A stretch of 64,000 bases of DNA from a virus: the IMG/VR virus record IMGVR_UViG_3300006141_000001; one strand, written 5' to 3'. Numbering within the stretch: position 1 is the first letter of the stretch; each line of letters opens with the position of its first letter. The translations under genes were made by a program, and so were the position numbers. The notes beneath the pieces were generated by a model. The model worked only from the letters and a program-made list of their open reading frames with translations, was not told where the DNA came from and did no database searches. Shown here piece after piece: positions 59,644-64,000 of this stretch.

Positions 59644-59964
59644 ATGTTAAAAGCAGAATTAGTAAAAGAAATCGTAAACAAGGTAAATGAGGAAAATAAC
59701 AGCACTGATACATCTAATAAAATCGAAGTAACGAAAAACACTGTAACGGTAGTTTTAGACGCATTGGGAGATGTAATTGAAGACGTTGTAAAGAATGATG
59801 ACAAGGTAACACTTCCTAAGATTGGTACTTTTTCTGTAAAAACAGTTCCAGAAAGAAAAGGGACTATTTATCTTGGAAGTAAGAAAGGAGAAACCTATAC
59901 TGTCCCAGAACATAAGCAGCCAAAATTTACAATGAATTCAAAATTCAAGAAAATTTTAGTTTAA
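59644..59964 (+). CDS. hup: HU-family DNA-binding protein
   Basis: KAELVKEI...VTLPKIGTFSV..VPERKG...VPEH..PKF. Confidence 0.88.
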   Translation: MLKAELVKEIVNKVNEENNSTDTSNKIEVTKNTVTVVLDALGDVIEDVVKNDDKVTLPKIGTFSVKTVPERKGTIYLGSKKGETYTVPEHKQPKFTMNSKFKKILV

Positions 59965-59969
59965 AATGA

Positions 59970-60572
59970 TTGGTGGTGGCATTAATGAAAAGACTTGAAT
60001 TCTGTGTCTATGAGAATTTTGCGGCACATATTATAGATTCGCTTTTTGGTTTAGACGATGAGTATAGTGATATTTCTATTATCGCTAAATATAACGAGGC
60101 TAAAAGTATTGTCAAAGAATTAATTGCGTTTGCAGATTTTTCTATTGAATCAATTGAACTTGAGAAAGCGGAATACAATAATTATTTTGATGAATATATT
60201 GTGTCATTAACAAAGGATGGTGGGTTGTGGTGTGAGCCATTTAAACGTGACACTGGTTATTTGTTTAATGAGTCGGTTATAGCTTATGTTATGGATAACT
60301 GCTCTTCTAAAGTATTGCAGACATGTGACTGTAAGACAATTTACGAAGTTTCTGTTGGCGAAGAGGATGATGATGTTCATTCATATGACAAGATATTTTG
60401 TGATGAGGAACCTTGTAATGAAAAGACTTGTGATGAGGATGATATGCACGGATTCAGTGTAAGCGGTTCTAATGATAACGGTAATTATTCTTACAGTTTC
60501 TATACTACTGAGGATATTGATATGGAAGATATTAAAAAGTTGCTTAGTAAATTTTCACTTGCAATTAAGTAA
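59970..60572 (+). CDS. Hypothetical acidic protein (likely start 59985)
   Basis: 200-aa ORF. Confidence 0.6.
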   Translation: MVVALMKRLEFCVYENFAAHIIDSLFGLDDEYSDISIIAKYNEAKSIVKELIAFADFSIESIELEKAEYNNYFDEYIVSLTKDGGLWCEPFKRDTGYLFNESVIAYVMDNCSSKVLQTCDCKTIYEVSVGEEDDDVHSYDKIFCDEEPCNEKTCDEDDMHGFSVSGSNDNGNYSYSFYTTEDIDMEDIKKLLSKFSLAIK

Positions 60573-60924
60573 ATGATTGTTTTTGGCAAGTGAAATTATT
60601 TTATGTCAAATAGAACGGAATATTATGATAGGGGGAGATTTGTATGTCCACTTCTCTCCTATCAAAAACAGAATTTGGTTTTGTATTGCTAAGTCCATTG
60701 TGAAAAGAAATGTGTAGGGTATGCTCCTACAGTCACAATGCAATAGGGAGACTTGCAGGATAATTATTTGTCTTTTCCCTTTAGTAAATATAAAAATAGG
60801 CCATCTTGCTTAGAGGGTAAAGAGAATTATAGGGCAACACCTATCTCTGCCTATAATTATGGTAAATTATGATTATTGCCAATGATGATATTGGTTAATT
60901 AATGGATGGAAAGGAAGTGAGATT

Positions 60925-61965
60925 ATGAATGGTAAAACTGCAAAAAGAAGCGATGAAGTGACAGATGAAATCTGGAATCAAGTAAATAAAATAAACCGTG
61001 ATATGGTGCAAGATTATCTTGATAATCAAGCGGATCTTTCACCACAAACACGTCCAGCATATGAAAGCGGACTGAAAATATTTTTTGTATGGGTAAAGGA
61101 TAACCTAAATAATAAAAACTTTGCAAACATTAAGAAAAAAGAATTTCAAAAATATCTAAATTGGCTAACAAACAGAGGGCTATCTGATTCTGCAATAAAA
61201 TTCAAAAAATCATGTGTCAGCACATTCTGTAATTACGTCATGATGATGTATGAAGAAGAAATGCCTACTTTTCGTAACTTTACACAAGGATTAAAAGTAG
61301 TTAAGACAGGATATGTACATGAAAAAATCCCATTAACGCCAGATGAATATATTATGCTATGCGAAGAACTGGAAAAACGTGAAGAATGGCAAAAACTTGC
61401 ATATTTAGTATTCTCTTATAGTACAGGGTGTAGGCGCGGAGAAGCACGGCAGCTATTAAAAGAGGTTATTAATTATGCCCCAAAGGAAAAAGAGATTACT
61501 GTTATAAATGAAGACGGAACGGAAAAGAAAGCCATATCCAAGTCATACTTAACACATACAATACGATGTAAAGGGGCTTCGGTTGTTGGGAAGCCACGTA
61601 AATTGAAATTCGGAGAAGACGCTATGACATGGCTAAAAAAATGGATTGAAGAGCGAGGAGAAGATGACTGCCCATATATGTTTATAGTCAAACAGATAGA
61701 TAAAAATACTGGAAAATACAATATCCATCAAGTAGGAAAGGATACCTTTAACGGATGGTGCAACAAATTATTTACAGAAATTGTTGGCAGACGTGTTCAT
61801 CCACACCTCTTCAGAGAATCAAGAGCCACGAACATCGTCTTGTACGAGCATAAATCTGCTGAAGTAGCGCAAAAACTGTTAGGGCATAATGATGTAAGTA
61901 CAACCAAAAATCATTATATTATAAAAAGTTTGGAGGATGATGAGTCTGATGAAGCTTTTGTTTAA
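60925..61965 (+). CDS. Tyrosine recombinase (second copy)
   Basis: STGCRRGE, RCKG, HPHLFRES, LLGH, TTKNHY. Confidence 0.9.
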   Translation: MNGKTAKRSDEVTDEIWNQVNKINRDMVQDYLDNQADLSPQTRPAYESGLKIFFVWVKDNLNNKNFANIKKKEFQKYLNWLTNRGLSDSAIKFKKSCVSTFCNYVMMMYEEEMPTFRNFTQGLKVVKTGYVHEKIPLTPDEYIMLCEELEKREEWQKLAYLVFSYSTGCRRGEARQLLKEVINYAPKEKEITVINEDGTEKKAISKSYLTHTIRCKGASVVGKPRKLKFGEDAMTWLKKWIEERGEDDCPYMFIVKQIDKNTGKYNIHQVGKDTFNGWCNKLFTEIVGRRVHPHLFRESRATNIVLYEHKSAEVAQKLLGHNDVSTTKNHYIIKSLEDDESDEAFV

Positions 61966-62153
61966 TTCCAATTCTCAACCTGGTTTTTACATGCAAACAA
62001 AATAAATTTTACTTAATCCTTGATGTAAATTACATTTATTATTATATTGACAACTAAAAATTTTTACATTCTTATAAATTTACTGGATTTTTGGAAAATT
62101 ATGTTATATAATATAATTGTTTTATATAATATTTTACAAGGCGGAAAAAAGAA

Positions 62154-63074
62154 ATGGAAAAATTTTTTAATAAAATACCATTATGGGTGATAAATGCGCT
62201 ATCTATAATTTCAGCAATATTGACGATTTTAACTACAATTTTTACATTATTCTTTACATTCAAAGGATGGGAAAAGAATCATAAATTTATCTTTTTAACT
62301 TTAGGTTGCTTTGTTGTTTTAACATTAGTACGAATGAGAAAATACAAGAAAATTTCTTTTGATAGGCATGAAAAAACTTCTTTTTTATATCATAAATTAA
62401 CACATGATTCAAGAGATTTATATTTTGACATAATGCGATCTCATAAGGAAAAACGCGAAGATATCAGAAACCTTACGGAAATTTATCAAAATAGGCTTTC
62501 TAGTATTTTGACATATTTGTGCGATATTATGGAAATATACTGTGGACAAAAAATGTCAGCTTGTATAAAACTAATCACTCATCCAGACGAGAAGTTCGAC
62601 AATATTACTTTGACTACATTTTGTCGCTCAAATATGTCAGATACTAACAGGGGTTCATATGAAAGGGCATCAAACAAACAAATTAAATTAAGCGATAATA
62701 CAGATTTTTTATATATACTTAATCCAAATAATGATTCTAACTTGAATTATTTTTATCAAGGGAATTTAAAAGAATATTCAAATGAACTAAAAAAACAAGG
62801 AAAACAGTATATGAACACAAATGCAAATTGGGAAAATGATTACATAGGCACAATAGTTGTTCCTATTCAGATAGAGCATAAAAGACTATACGATTCAGCT
62901 AAAGAAGACTCTTTTTATGTAATTGGATTTTTGTGCATTGATTCTAAATCGTCCTCTGCTTTTTTAAAAAGACAAGAAAAATTTAATGTCGATATGGTTA
63001 AGTCATTTGCAGACATATTTTATATGCTTCTTTCTCAATATCATCATTATTTGAAAAAATTATCAAAAAAATAG
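62154..63074 (+). CDS. Two-TM protein with GAF-like C-terminal domain (moron)
   Basis: Two N-terminal hydrophobic helices; IVVPIQ...VIGFLCIDS; very AT-rich. Confidence 0.6.
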   Translation: MEKFFNKIPLWVINALSIISAILTILTTIFTLFFTFKGWEKNHKFIFLTLGCFVVLTLVRMRKYKKISFDRHEKTSFLYHKLTHDSRDLYFDIMRSHKEKREDIRNLTEIYQNRLSSILTYLCDIMEIYCGQKMSACIKLITHPDEKFDNITLTTFCRSNMSDTNRGSYERASNKQIKLSDNTDFLYILNPNNDSNLNYFYQGNLKEYSNELKKQGKQYMNTNANWENDYIGTIVVPIQIEHKRLYDSAKEDSFYVIGFLCIDSKSSSAFLKRQEKFNVDMVKSFADIFYMLLSQYHHYLKKLSKK

Positions 63075-63097
63075 TAGTTGATTTTATTATTTGTTTA

Positions 63098-63316
63098 GTG
63101 TATAATTATATGAAACACATGGGAGGTAAATATTATATGCAAAAATTACTTGATTATATCTATGTTGCCATTTTTGGGAAATATACTTTAAATGGTTTTG
63201 TTGAAAACGAAACAAGAAAAGAAAAATATGAATATGTTTTAGACTCTGTTTTTCCAGATGAGGAAACACTACAAGCAGCTTTATCTCCTTCTATTTCAAG
63301 TGTTGCAAAAATATAA
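63098..63316 (+). CDS. Small hypothetical partner protein (likely start 63137)
   Basis: GGAGGT RBS before MQKLL. Confidence 0.5.
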   Translation: MYNYMKHMGGKYYMQKLLDYIYVAIFGKYTLNGFVENETRKEKYEYVLDSVFPDEETLQAALSPSISSVAKI

Positions 63317-63367
63317 TACTATTAAATAAAAAGAAGCCTCCGGGCTTCTTTTTATTTAATAGTATTA
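63315..63367 (+). terminator. Long inverted-repeat terminator
   Basis: taatactattaaataaaaagaagcc-tccg-ggcttctttttatttaatagtatta. Confidence 0.85.
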
Positions 63368-63514
63368 TTACAATATACAATTTCATTATTGACAGATAGA
63401 TTAATGGTGAAATCACATGTCTTTCAAACAGACATACAGGAGTTCGGTTTCGTTCCCTCTATGCTAACTAAATAAATTAATGATAACAAAAATGAAAGTA
63501 GGTGGTGATGTTTT

Positions 63515-63799
63515 ATGGTAAAAGATTTAGATATCGTTGACAGGCAGATGAAGATTGGTCAGACAAAAGTCATAAGCAGGGATGGCGGGCGGATTGTTGA
63601 TTATGTGGAATTATTGTTTTCCCCTACTACAAAGATTCAGTTCGCGCCTTCTGATGACAGGACGCTTACAAAATTCAGTGTTAAGGATGTAGATTTATCA
63701 ATCCCGCAGCTTGAATGCAATGTGTCAAAGGAAACAATAAGGGACTTAATTTTAGGGTTAAAATCTGTCTATAAACAGATGGAAGACAGTAAAGAATAA
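63515..63799 (+). CDS. Hypothetical phage protein
   Basis: 94-aa ORF with RBS. Confidence 0.6.
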   Translation: MVKDLDIVDRQMKIGQTKVISRDGGRIVDYVELLFSPTTKIQFAPSDDRTLTKFSVKDVDLSIPQLECNVSKETIRDLILGLKSVYKQMEDSKE

Positions 63800-63819
63800 A
63801 AGAAAAGGGGGTGCTTATT

Positions 63820-64000
63820 ATGAATTTTATTGAAAGGATTAATATCGAAAATGGGATTGTGAAATACAATCTGAAGGCAAAATATAATGAAGAACTGACT
63901 GATGATGAAGCCATGGAAATTGAAACACTTCATGATTATATTAGGAAAATCAAATTTTCTGACATTGATTTTACTGCAAATATTAAGATGGTTTCTGATA
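63820..64000 (+). CDS. Hypothetical protein, truncated by the window edge
   Basis: AAGGGGG RBS plus ATG MNFIERINIENGIVKY..., open to the end of the window. Confidence 0.55.
   Translation, partial: MNFIERINIENGIVKYNLKAKYNEELTDDEAMEIETLHDYIRKIKFSDIDFTANIKMVSD

Larger units (their letters stand above)
1..64000. mobile_element. Internal segment of a large SPbeta-like prophage/phage genome
   Basis: YonO-like RNAP followed downstream by YonK/YonJ-like genes, HU and a tyrosine recombinase. Divergent arms of small phage-type genes, four antirepressors and tRNAs. No host housekeeping synteny. Confidence 0.85.

Noticed and set aside
63390-63465. tRNA-like remnant (GATTAATGGTGAAATC D-like arm, ATGTCT/AGACAT stem)
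   Set aside because: No proper T arm or acceptor stem; too degenerate to call
1-64000. Arbitrium (aimR/aimP), retron or DGR modules
   Set aside because: No TPR receptor plus peptide pair, no reverse transcriptase motifs and no TR/VR repeat pair seen in this window

Overview
The window reads as an internal part of a large, low-GC temperate phage with SPbeta-like gene order, probably integrated in a Lachnospiraceae/Clostridia host (inferred from the host-type ssb and the IS families). No att site or virion structural genes are visible. There are three blocks. (1) 574-35320 is a leftward arm of roughly 60 mostly small genes: HipA-like kinase, Fic, YefM-YoeB, three solo DUF262-like proteins, tyrosine recombinase, SSB, antirepressors and ArdC. 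It also holds an IS66, many frameshifted ORFs and a recurring 16-bp TRAAA-N6-TTTYA site at gene junctions. (2) 33720-39500 is largely non-coding: a ~1.15 kb hairpin-dense GC-rich tract, a type I TA-like locus, a divergent XRE gene, a strand-skew switch, an IS200 and twin cruciform repeats. (3) 39509-64000 is a rightward arm: putative initiator, UvrD helicase, DNA methyltransferase, Bro/ParB proteins, deaminase, YonO-like single-subunit RNA polymerase, tRNAs, beta-CASP hydrolase, ClpP-like protease, YonK/YonJ-like genes, HU, a second tyrosine recombinase and an AT-rich moron. The best candidates for undescribed biology are a coiled-coil gene followed by a ~355-nt closed RNA with a 7-nt periodic tract (52974-53980), the ~1.15 kb structured RNA-like tract (33720-34880), and the cassette-like junction sites in the left arm. 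All calls were made by eye from motifs; no searches or folding programs were run.
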